A DNA stretch of 40,000 bases from Clostridia bacterium (GTDB lineage Bacteria > Bacillota > Clostridia > Christensenellales > Christensenellaceae): the NCBI GenBank assembly GCA_017439085.1, contig JAFRTU010000016.1:86059-126058 (forward strand), written 5' to 3'. The position numbers and the translations under genes were made by a program. Positions 1 through 6,906 of this stretch are shown in pieces. Each line of letters opens with the position of its first letter. Position 1 is the first letter of the stretch. Below the pieces are notes generated by a model. That model was not told the DNA's origin, made no database searches, and saw nothing but the letters and a program-made list of their open reading frames with translations.

Positions 1-9
1 TTTAGCAAC

Positions 10-34
10 AAAAAACAGCCTTGTACAAGGCTGT
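10..34 (-). terminator. Rho-independent terminator after the tRNA-Asp/tRNA-Gly unit
   Basis: Inverted repeat ACAGCCTTG (15-23) / CAAGGCTGT (26-34). On the minus strand the stem is followed by a T-run (complement of the A-run at 10-15). Confidence 0.7.
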
Positions 35-39
35 CCTTC

Positions 40-114
40 TGGAGCGGAAGACGAGATTCGAACTCGCGACATTCGCCTTGGCAAGGCGACGCTCTACCAC
101 TGAGCCACTCCCGC
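40..114 (-). tRNA. tRNA-Gly (anticodon GCC), CCA encoded
   Basis: Reverse complement reads GCGGGAGTGGCTCAGTGGTAGAGCGTCGCCTTGCCAAGGCGAATGTCGCGAGTTCGAATCTCGTCTTCCGCTCCA. It folds as a cloverleaf with anticodon loop TTGCCAA and T-loop TTCGAAT. Confidence 0.95.
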
Positions 115-122
115 AAAAGAAA

Positions 123-199
123 TGGCGACCTGAATGGGGCTCGAACCCACGACCTCTAGCGTGACAGGCTAGCGTTCTAACCAACTGAACTACCAGGCC
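123..199 (-). tRNA. tRNA-Asp (anticodon GTC), CCA encoded
   Basis: Reverse complement reads GGCCTGGTAGTTCAGTTGGTTAGAACGCTAGCCTGTCACGCTAGAGGTCGTGGGTTCGAGCCCCATTCAGGTCGCCA. The anticodon loop is CTGTCAC and the T-loop is TTCGAGC. Confidence 0.95.
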
Positions 200-219
200 A
201 CCTTTTAAGTGCATACATA

Positions 220-248
220 ATTCTATATTATGTGTTTTTAAAAGTCAA
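220..248 (-). promoter_or_regulatory. Candidate sigma-A promoter for the tRNA unit
   Basis: On the minus strand: TTGACT (243-248), 17-bp spacer, TAGAAT (220-225). This sits about 20 nt upstream of the tRNA-Asp 5' end. Confidence 0.45.
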
Positions 249-349
249 CAACATCTTTTCCCTCCTTTCGAACCGCCTTACTGCATGTCATGAAGAAATT
301 AAAAGTGCTTGTTTATGCCTATTTTATCCCTATTTTTTTAAAAAAAGTA

Positions 350-380
350 TTGACCTTCAAGTAAAATTTAATGCTAATAT
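350..380 (+). promoter_or_regulatory. Candidate MerR-type promoter with a 19-bp spacer
   Basis: TTGACC (350-355), a hand-counted 19-bp spacer (356-374), then TAATAT (375-380). It lies about 30 nt upstream of the MerR start codon. Confidence 0.45.
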
Positions 381-408
381 TTATACCGTTGATGAAAGAA
401 GGAGTGTT

Positions 409-768
409 ATGAACAAGTACAGTATTTTAGAAGTTTCAAGAATGTTGAACATGCCTGCGAGCACCCTCAGGTACTATGAATCCAGAGGGCTCCTGCCCAA
501 TCTTCAGAGAGACGACTCGGGATACAGATCTTTTACCGACGCAGACATAGAGCTTTTGCAGCTTATCTCCTGTCTCAAAAAGACCAGGATGCCTATAAAA
601 GAGATCGCCAGATACGTAAAACTTGTCAATGAGGGAGATGAGACCATCTCCGAGAGATATGAGATGATCAAGGAAAGAGAAGAAGCTGTCTACGGACAGA
701 TCGAAGAACTTCAGGAAGCTTTGAAGGTCATACAGACTAAGAAGGAAAGCTACGAGAAGGATAGATGA
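409..768 (+). CDS. MerR-family transcriptional regulator, short form without an obvious effector domain (NmlR/AdhR-like)
   Basis: N-terminal HTH YSILEVSRMLNMPASTLRYYESRGLLP followed by a coiled-coil tail. The ATG at 409 is preceded by AAGGAG (398-403). The upstream part of ORF 232-768 is AT-rich leader, not coding. Confidence 0.85.
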   Translation: MNKYSILEVSRMLNMPASTLRYYESRGLLPNLQRDDSGYRSFTDADIELLQLISCLKKTRMPIKEIARYVKLVNEGDETISERYEMIKEREEAVYGQIEELQEALKVIQTKKESYEKDR

Positions 769-787
769 CCATTCTTAATACACCGAA

Positions 788-820
788 GGAAAAGCAATTA
801 AAATGCTTTTTCTTTTTTTT
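788..820 (+). terminator. Weak AT-rich intrinsic terminator after the MerR gene
   Basis: Stem GAAAAGCA / TGCTTTTTC with loop ATTAAAA, followed by a T-run at 812-820. Confidence 0.4.
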
Positions 821-824
821 GTTG

Positions 825-833
825 TGTTATAAT
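825..833 (+). promoter_or_regulatory. Extended -10 element (TGTTATAAT) upstream of ilvE
   Basis: TGnTATAAT match at 825-833, about 40 nt upstream of the ilvE ATG. No convincing -35 element. Confidence 0.4.
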
Positions 834-873
834 TATGAAAATTAGTTTCTAAATATGAAAAGGAGTTAAGATT

Positions 874-1896
874 ATGGCTAAGAACATCGATTGGGCAAAT
901 CTCGGATTCGGCTATATAAAGACTGATTACCGCTATGTTTCCATTTTCAAGGACGGCGCATGGGACGAAGGTCATATCACAGAAGACGATATGATCTCTC
1001 TGTCAGAGTGTGCCTGTGTTTTCCAGTATGCTCAGACATGTTTTGAAGGATTGAAAGCATATACCACCGAAGACGGAAGGATCGTTACCTTCAGGCCCGA
1101 CCTGAACGGTGAAAGGATGGAGAATTCGGCAAGAAGGCTCTCGATGCCCGCGTTCCCGAAAGAAAGATTCGTTAAGGCCGTTACGGAAGTCGTAAAGGCA
1201 AACAGGGATTTCGTTCCTCCATTTGGATCAGGAGCCACCCTTTATATCCGTCCGTTCATGATGGGTACGAATCCGGTCATCGGAGTAAAGCCTGCGACTG
1301 AATATCAGTTCAGGATCTTCACCACCCCCGTCGGTCCATATTTCAAGGGCGGAGCAAAGCCGATAACGATAAGAGTATCTGATTTTGACAGAGCTGCTCC
1401 CCACGGAACGGGTAACGTAAAGGCGGGACTCAACTATGCAATGAGCCTTTATGCTATAACAGATGCACATGAAAAGGGCTTCGATGAGAACATGTATCTC
1501 GATGCCGCTACCAGGACTCATGTTGAGGAGACCGGCGGAGCCAACTTCATATTCGTTACGAAGGACAACACCATTGTGACACCTAAATCCAACACCATTC
1601 TTCCTTCAGTCACGAGAAGATCACTCATGCATGTCGCTGAACACTATCTCGGACTCAAGGTCGAGGAAAGACCGGTCGAATTCGGAGAGGTCGCAGACTT
1701 TGCCGAAGCAGGTCTCTGCGGAACTGCGGCAGTCATATCACCTGTCGGAAAGATCAACGATCATGGCAAGGAAATCTGCATACCTAGCGGAATGGAGAAG
1801 ATGGGACCTGTCCTCCAGAAGCTGTATGATACCCTTACGGGCATACAGATGGGCAGGATAGAGGCTCCGGAAGGATGGATACATGAGATCTGCTAA
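874..1896 (+). CDS. ilvE: Branched-chain amino acid aminotransferase (class IV PLP enzyme)
   Basis: 340-aa ORF with AAAGGAG at 859-865. It shows typical BCAT features (FEGLKAY, LYIRPF, NVKAGLNYA, EETGGANFF-like block). Confidence 0.9.
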   Translation: MAKNIDWANLGFGYIKTDYRYVSIFKDGAWDEGHITEDDMISLSECACVFQYAQTCFEGLKAYTTEDGRIVTFRPDLNGERMENSARRLSMPAFPKERFVKAVTEVVKANRDFVPPFGSGATLYIRPFMMGTNPVIGVKPATEYQFRIFTTPVGPYFKGGAKPITIRVSDFDRAAPHGTGNVKAGLNYAMSLYAITDAHEKGFDENMYLDAATRTHVEETGGANFIFVTKDNTIVTPKSNTILPSVTRRSLMHVAEHYLGLKVEERPVEFGEVADFAEAGLCGTAAVISPVGKINDHGKEICIPSGMEKMGPVLQKLYDTLTGIQMGRIEAPEGWIHEIC

Positions 1897-1949
1897 TTAA
1901 AACATTTTGAGCTATGATAGATATCATTTATCAACAAAAAGGCAAGGAA

Positions 1950-2217
1950 TGAACTGACCCCCAAAAGTTAGACCATAATCTAACCAGAGGGGGTCATTTT
2001 TAATATGGCGAAACATAGTTTTGAATTAAAACGTAAAATCGTAATGGAGTATTTAAGCGGACATGGCAGTACCATATCCCTGGCAAAGAAATATGGTGTA
2101 GGATGCTCATGTATTAAAAAATGGATTAAAAATTACAGGCAGTATGGTGAAGAAAGCCTTCTGAGGAGCAGAGAGAAACAAACGTACCCTTTCGAATTCA
2201 AACATCATGTAGTAATA
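1950..2217 (+). mobile_element. Truncated left end of an IS3-family (IS150-like) insertion sequence
   Basis: The terminus begins TGAACTGACCCCC at 1950, with internal IR TGACCCCC / GGGGGTCA (1955-1962 / 1989-1996). An OrfA-type HTH reading frame follows. No matching right end (GGGGGTCAGTTCA) occurs anywhere in the window. Confidence 0.7.
2005..2214 (+). pseudogene. IS3-family transposase OrfA fragment (N-terminal ~70 codons only)
   Basis: MAKHSFELKRKIVMEYLSGHGSTISLAKKYGVGCSCIKKWIKNYRQYGEESLLRSREKQTYPFEFKHHVV resembles IS150-type OrfA. Similarity ends near 2215, and the rest of ORF 2005-2301 is read-through into unrelated AT-rich DNA. Confidence 0.7.
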
Positions 2218-2874
2218 TCATTGATTACCCTCCATAAAACTAGCAGTATGTGCAACTTGAATTACTGTATTCTTGTTATAATAGTTATCGGCATAGGATA
2301 AAAGAGTCTCATAACGTAATCCTTTTTTAAGTATCTGATTACCGATTAACTTATATGGATCATGAGTATCTATCGGAGCTTTATCAAATAGATCCAAAAC
2401 ATCCAATATCTGAAGATAGCCTATATTACCAGAATTAATCCTAGTCTTTGGAGGTACGAGATACACATCAAGGTTTTTATCATATCGAATACAATCTTTC
2501 ACAGCATTTGTCGCTATCATCCTTTTGTTGGGTATCTGAGTTGTTAACCCAATATGATATAGAAGATAATATCCAGTATAATATCCATTATTATTAAAAA
2601 GATATTTATCATTAATGAGGTTCTCTTTCATGATTCCAGTTTCACCAAATGGTGTTTCTTTTGTAAGATAATAAACACCCTTTTTATGTTTTCTCAATTC
2701 AGGAATCACTTTCCTCTCTATGATCCTTTTCATTGCAACAGAAGTTGCTGCAGATGCTTTTTCTTTTGTAGTATGATAATAATCTGCTAAACCATCTGCA
2801 ATTGTTTTAGTATAGATTGGAATTCCAATCTTGTATTCTTCTATTTGTTTTGTAATGTATTCAACATAGCTCAT
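2218..2874 (-). CDS. AbiEi/DUF6088-like protein (type IV TA antitoxin-like regulator), apparently orphan
   Basis: 218 aa with an ATG at 2874 and an AAGGTG SD. The blocks KGVYYLTKETPFGE, GYYTGYYLLYHIGLTTQIP and IGYLQILDVLDLF match my recollection of the DUF6088/AbiEi_4 family. GC is low. The stop codon sits exactly at the junction with the IS stump. Confidence 0.6.
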   Translation of the reverse strand: MSYVEYITKQIEEYKIGIPIYTKTIADGLADYYHTTKEKASAATSVAMKRIIERKVIPELRKHKKGVYYLTKETPFGETGIMKENLINDKYLFNNNGYYTGYYLLYHIGLTTQIPNKRMIATNAVKDCIRYDKNLDVYLVPPKTRINSGNIGYLQILDVLDLFDKAPIDTHDPYKLIGNQILKKGLRYETLLSYADNYYNKNTVIQVAHTASFMEGNQ

Positions 2875-3031
2875 TTTTCTACACCTTATGATATATTCAC
2901 TGCGTATTTTGATATTGATTTTCGTATTTATTATATCACTTATGCTTCTGTTGTATAGTATTCTCCATTACTTAATTCAGAGAAAACCCCTAGATTCCTC
3001 TATAGTTTTGTAGTATCACTATTATATGATA

Positions 3032-3066
3032 AAGGTTATTATGCTCGTAATCCGCATAATAACCTT
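3032..3066. repeat. Perfect 13-bp inverted repeat (hairpin) in AT-rich non-coding DNA
   Basis: AAGGTTATTATGC (3032-3044), 9-nt loop tcgtaatcc, GCATAATAACCTT (3054-3066). No U-tract follows on either strand. Confidence 0.8.
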
Positions 3067-3136
3067 CAGGATAAACAAATAATATAATGATATTTATAAG
3101 CTAGTATATATCATCTGTCTTTATAAAATAGGAACC

Positions 3137-4642
3137 TTATTTTCCTCCAAACAACGTCTTAAAGAGCCCTCTCCTCAGGAAATATCCTCCTGTTGAGATT
3201 ATCTGGGATTCGATCTTGTTTTTGATCCTCTCTTTCTTTTTCTGCTCCTTCTGGGCTTCCCTCTCCTTTTCCTTCTGTCTTGCCTTTTCTTCCTTTTCCT
3301 TTTCCTTCTGCTGCAGGATCTCTTCAGCCTGTTTCTGTTTTTCTTCTTCCTCTTCCTGTCTCTGCTCCAGAAGCATTTCATATGCTGAATCCCTGTCTAT
3401 CGGGTCGTCATATCTCATCATGCCGTCTTCCGCCATTGCTTTTTCAAAATAGCTGTCATCGGGCTGGGCCATGAGACTTTCAGGGCATAGAACAGAACAG
3501 TACTGTACTATTCCAGGGATTCCGTCTTCATCGAGAACGGAGATGAGTGCTTTCCCGGTACCCAGTTCCTGTATTGCCTTCTCCGTGTCGAACTCCGGAT
3601 TCTCTCTCAGTGAATTGGCTGCAGCCCTGATGTTCTTCTGTTCTGCAGGTGTATATGCCCTTAAGGCATGCTGAACTTTGTTGGAAAGCTGGTTAAGCAC
3701 CTGATCGGGAATGTCTCCTGGGCTCTGGGATACGAAATATATGCCTACTCCCTTTGATCTTATGAGCTTTACGAGCTGTTCGATCTTCTGGATGAGCACC
3801 TTCGGAGCATCTGTAAACAGCATGTGGGCTTCATCAAAGAAGAAAACGAGTCTAGGTTTTTCGGGATCGCCAACTTCCGGAAGCCTCTCAAAGAGTTCGC
3901 TCATGAGCCACAGAAGGAATATCGCGTATAACTTCGGATTCCTTACGAGTTTCACTGAATGAAGGAGATTTATCATTCCCCTGCCGTCATAGGATGTCCT
4001 CATGAGGTCATAAATGTCAAGATCAGGTTCTCCGAAGAACAGATTCCCGCCTTGGTTCTCAAGGGGTATGAGTGCTCTCTGGATGCCTCCTATGGAGGCT
4101 GCTGTTATGTTTCCGTATGTGGTTATCAGTTCTTTTCTGTGTTCATATACGTACTCAACGAGTGCTTTCAGATCTTTCAGGTCATAGAGCATGAGTGCCT
4201 TGTCGTCCGCCATCTTGAATATTATCTGGAGCACGCCCTCCTGTGCCGGTGTGAGATCGAGGATCCTTGCAAGAAGATCGGGGCCCATGTCAGAAATAGT
4301 TGCCCTTATGGGATGTCCGTGCTCACCGTATATATCCCAGAACGTGACCGGATAGCTCCTGTACTGGAAAATGTTCCTTATGCCGAACTTGTCTATCCTG
4401 CTCTCCATGCCGTCGTTCCTGGCTCCCGGAGCAGCAAGTCCCGCAACGTCACCCTTTATATCGCAAACAAAAACAGGAACACCTGCAGCCGAAAAGGATT
4501 CAGCCATCACCTTCATGGTGATGGTCTTTCCGGTGCCACTTGCTCCTGTGATAAGTCCGTGTCTGTTCCCCTTCGAAAGAGGAAGTATCACTCTCTCTCC
4601 ATTGTTCGAGAGTCCGAGATAAATGCCGCCTTCAGTAAACAA
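3137..4642 (-). CDS. yjgR: YjgR-family ATPase (DUF853, HerA-like helicase C-terminal domain)
   Basis: Walker A ITGASGTGKT, FFFDEAHMLF, and SKGVGIYFVSQSPGDIPDQVLNQLSNKVQHALRAYTP, which are close to E. coli YjgR as I recall it. TTG start at 4642 with GGAGG 8 nt upstream. The C-terminal tail is Lys/Glu-rich. Confidence 0.85.
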   Translation of the reverse strand: MFTEGGIYLGLSNNGERVILPLSKGNRHGLITGASGTGKTITMKVMAESFSAAGVPVFVCDIKGDVAGLAAPGARNDGMESRIDKFGIRNIFQYRSYPVTFWDIYGEHGHPIRATISDMGPDLLARILDLTPAQEGVLQIIFKMADDKALMLYDLKDLKALVEYVYEHRKELITTYGNITAASIGGIQRALIPLENQGGNLFFGEPDLDIYDLMRTSYDGRGMINLLHSVKLVRNPKLYAIFLLWLMSELFERLPEVGDPEKPRLVFFFDEAHMLFTDAPKVLIQKIEQLVKLIRSKGVGIYFVSQSPGDIPDQVLNQLSNKVQHALRAYTPAEQKNIRAAANSLRENPEFDTEKAIQELGTGKALISVLDEDGIPGIVQYCSVLCPESLMAQPDDSYFEKAMAEDGMMRYDDPIDRDSAYEMLLEQRQEEEEEKQKQAEEILQQKEKEKEEKARQKEKEREAQKEQKKKERIKNKIESQIISTGGYFLRRGLFKTLFGGK

Positions 4643-4711
4643 TTAAGTTTCCTCCGAATCAAGTATTATATATATTATACTTTATATCCTTGGAGTATAG
4701 AAACTATTTGG

Positions 4712-5353
4712 TCAGCTGACCCCACCTATGATCACTTCCCATTCCTGTATGGAATAAGCCTTTTCGGAATATATGCATTCGCTCAGACCATCATGATCCC
4801 AGCTTGCAAGCACAAATCCGTCCTCAGAGCCCTTGAGAGTCACTTCCATGCCTGCTATCTCCATCTTCCTGATGTCCGTGAACTCTTCATATACCCCTGA
4901 GATATCCTCATCTGTCTTCTTTGAAGCTCTCATCGTGAGGCTGCCGTTCTTTCCTTCATATGTAACTTCACTCATCGTTCCCGAATATACGGCATATCTC
5001 TCATTTTCCACACTGAAGGGCAACTTCGTAAGCTTCCTGACATTGAAACCCACTGCCTTATCCATCTTCTCGAGGCTGTCATATTCCACCATGGGATTGC
5101 CGATCATAACGTTCGAGGACTGTCCGCCTTCGTTCAGTTTCTTACCAGGGAACCTCAGGATGAATGCACCTGCTACGATGAGCACGAAGCTTGCGGCAGC
5201 GATTATGAATCCAAGAGTCCTGTTGAACCCGGATGATCTCTTCTTCCTGTATCTGTCATCCGCCTTTACGACGTTCTTTATAATCCTTTCCTCCGCTTCC
5301 TTCGAGAGGCTTATTCCGTCCATATATCTGGTATATTTGTTACTCAAAATCAT
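4712..5353 (-). CDS. Anti-sigma-factor-like membrane protein (single TM, DUF4367-like extracytoplasmic domain)
   Basis: Short N-terminal segment, TM helix LGFIIAAASFVLIVAGAFIL and a C-terminal domain. It overlaps the sigma gene stop by 14 nt, with AGGAGG just upstream of the ATG. Confidence 0.65.
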   Translation of the reverse strand: MILSNKYTRYMDGISLSKEAEERIIKNVVKADDRYRKKRSSGFNRTLGFIIAAASFVLIVAGAFILRFPGKKLNEGGQSSNVMIGNPMVEYDSLEKMDKAVGFNVRKLTKLPFSVENERYAVYSGTMSEVTYEGKNGSLTMRASKKTDEDISGVYEEFTDIRKMEIAGMEVTLKGSEDGFVLASWDHDGLSECIYSEKAYSIQEWEVIIGGVS

Positions 5354-5837
5354 ATTCCTCCTTCAGAAGTTTCTTCAGCTGCTTTCTGGCTCTTACAAGA
5401 CGGCTCCTCACAGTCGATTCCCTGTCCATGAGTATCTCCGCCATCTCCCTTGTCGTATGACCTTCATAATAGTAGAGATGGATCACTTCCCTGTACTTTG
5501 GGTCCAGGCTCTTTACAGCATCCCACACGAAAGAGAGTTCGTTCACCTCATAATGGCTCCTGACATTGTCCTGGAGCTCTTCGGTCCTGTGACGCTTATT
5601 GTAGCCTATCCTGTTCCTGCTGATGTTCCCGGCGACCCTGAAGAGCCAGGCCTTCTCATGGGCATCGTTCTCGAATACAGGTGCGAATCTCAGATACTGT
5701 ATAAGAGTGTCCTGCACGATATCCTCTGAATCCTCCCCGTTGCCGACAAAGGAATATGCATATCTGAAGAGCCCGTTTCCGTATCTCTCCATTATCCTTC
5801 TGAGCCGTGATTCTCTGTCAGCACCTTCGGCAAGCAT
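5340..5837 (-). CDS. ECF-type RNA polymerase sigma-70 family factor
   Basis: Region 2 (DIVQDTLIQYL) and region 4 (YREVIHLYYYEGHTTREMAEIL, VRSRLVRARKQL). I prefer the ATG at 5837 (GGAGGG 6 nt upstream, 165 aa). The longest ORF would start at 5933 (197 aa). Confidence 0.8.
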   Translation of the reverse strand: MLAEGADRESRLRRIMERYGNGLFRYAYSFVGNGEDSEDIVQDTLIQYLRFAPVFENDAHEKAWLFRVAGNISRNRIGYNKRHRTEELQDNVRSHYEVNELSFVWDAVKSLDPKYREVIHLYYYEGHTTREMAEILMDRESTVRSRLVRARKQLKKLLKEEYDFE

Positions 5838-5980
5838 CAGATTCCCTCCGCTCTCCGTTTCCCTTTTCACGGGCTGGTTTCCTGAGAAGAGGACCATGTC
5901 CATATACTTTTTATATGTCAAAGCTGTTTCCATAATGTTCCTTCTGCTATATATACAAATCTGTCAATTGAAATGATGCA

Positions 5981-6748
5981 TCATTCATTGCATTTTTCGA
6001 CGAAATCCTTCTCCCTCGCAGTAAGCTCGACCCAAGCAGGGGTGAAGCCGCTCCTTATGGCATTCTTGAGAGATGCCAGATTGCTCCATGCACAGCAGTA
6101 GAAAGGGACCTTCCCCTCTGAAAGGATCTCCTTTGCGAGAGCATTCGTAAGAGCTGATGCTATGCCTCTCCCCCTGTATCCCGGAAGCACGTCTATCCCT
6201 ATCTGCCACATGTCGTCACAGTCGGCAGATGCTCCGGCAAAACCGACGAGCCTGTTATCCTCATAGTATCCCGCCCCTATCATGTCGAGCTCCTTTCTCT
6301 TGAAAGAGAGAGCATTTCCCCATTCCGGGAGATAGAGATCCCTGAAATCTTCCTGGTGTAATATCCTTATATCGAGGTCACATGAAAAAGTGTCGAGCTT
6401 CTTAATGTCCGGAAGAAAATACTCGGCCATGAAGCATGCTCTGAGATCAAATGGCTCCAGCATACTGTTAAGGCCGTACAGATTCGGAGTCTCGAAGATA
6501 TGTATGCTCCCGTATTTTCCGACATAGTCCTTAACGATACTTTCGAATGCTTCGTCTCCCACTGCGACTATGCCCTTCCCGTAGCTCACCAGATCCAGCC
6601 TTATGGGGTCGGGAAGATATACCCTTCTTCCCTCTGCTGGACCGAACGTCCTGAAAGTGACTCCCTCCTTCAGAAAATCCGAAGGCTCGGCATTCATATC
6701 CGTAGCAGACTGCTTAAGCGCAGTCTCCCATATCCGTTTCTGTTCCAT
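5981..6748 (-). CDS. GNAT-family N-acetyltransferase
   Basis: The C-terminal half carries the acetyl-CoA motif LPGYRGRGIASALTNAL. The start is chosen at ATG 6748 (GGAGGAA upstream). Alternative ATG at 6754; the annotated ORF start at 6832 is unlikely. Confidence 0.75.
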   Translation of the reverse strand: MEQKRIWETALKQSATDMNAEPSDFLKEGVTFRTFGPAEGRRVYLPDPIRLDLVSYGKGIVAVGDEAFESIVKDYVGKYGSIHIFETPNLYGLNSMLEPFDLRACFMAEYFLPDIKKLDTFSCDLDIRILHQEDFRDLYLPEWGNALSFKRKELDMIGAGYYEDNRLVGFAGASADCDDMWQIGIDVLPGYRGRGIASALTNALAKEILSEGKVPFYCCAWSNLASLKNAIRSGFTPAWVELTAREKDFVEKCNE

Positions 6749-6906
6749 GTTCATTTCCTCCAAAAAGAAATATATCATAAAACAAATGTCATTTATATAC
6801 TGAACAAGCTGCGGGTCCTTTCCCAAACTCACATGATAATGTATATTTGTCCGGATATACTGTATAATGGACTTTGAAATCCTTTTTTATTTCAGAGGAA
6901 AAGATC

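Noticed and set aside
2-214. 70-aa ORF on the minus strand
   Set aside because: It is entirely overlapped by two well-folding tRNA genes (Gly-GCC and Asp-GTC) and their terminator, so it is not coding.
2005-2301. 98-aa ORF as an intact small gene
   Set aside because: Only the first ~70 codons resemble IS3 OrfA. The remainder is read-through antisense to the AbiEi-like gene, so I treated it as a pseudogene fragment.
1910-3119. Possible imperfect direct repeat flanking the AT-rich island (AGCTAtgatagATATCATttaTC at 1910-1932 versus AGCTAgtatATATCATctgTC at 3099-3119)
   Set aside because: Only a 5-mer plus a 7-mer match, with different spacing, in about 30% GC DNA. Chance similarity is plausible, and this is not enough to call a target-site duplication or att site.
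3199-3400. Repetitive purine/pyrimidine-rich DNA (ttccttttcc..., cttcttcctc...) that could be mistaken for a tandem repeat or array
   Set aside because: It is the in-frame coding sequence of the Lys/Glu-rich C-terminal tail of the YjgR homolog. It has no unit periodicity or spacer structure and is not CRISPR-like.
3959-4900. 313-aa plus-strand ORF crossing the yjgR 5' end, the intergenic gap and the anti-sigma 3' end
   Set aside because: It is antisense to two well-supported genes. The translation is Cys/low-complexity junk with no SD or motif. Long antisense ORFs are expected with this codon bias. The same reasoning applies to 4833-5729, 9556-10236, 14560-15375, 22171-22734, 27476-28624 and 35025-35654.
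5838-5933. N-terminal 32-codon extension of the ECF sigma ORF
   Set aside because: The internal ATG at 5837 has a much better SD (GGAGGG) and gives a typical ECF length. The extension cannot be excluded, so it is noted as an alternative rather than called.
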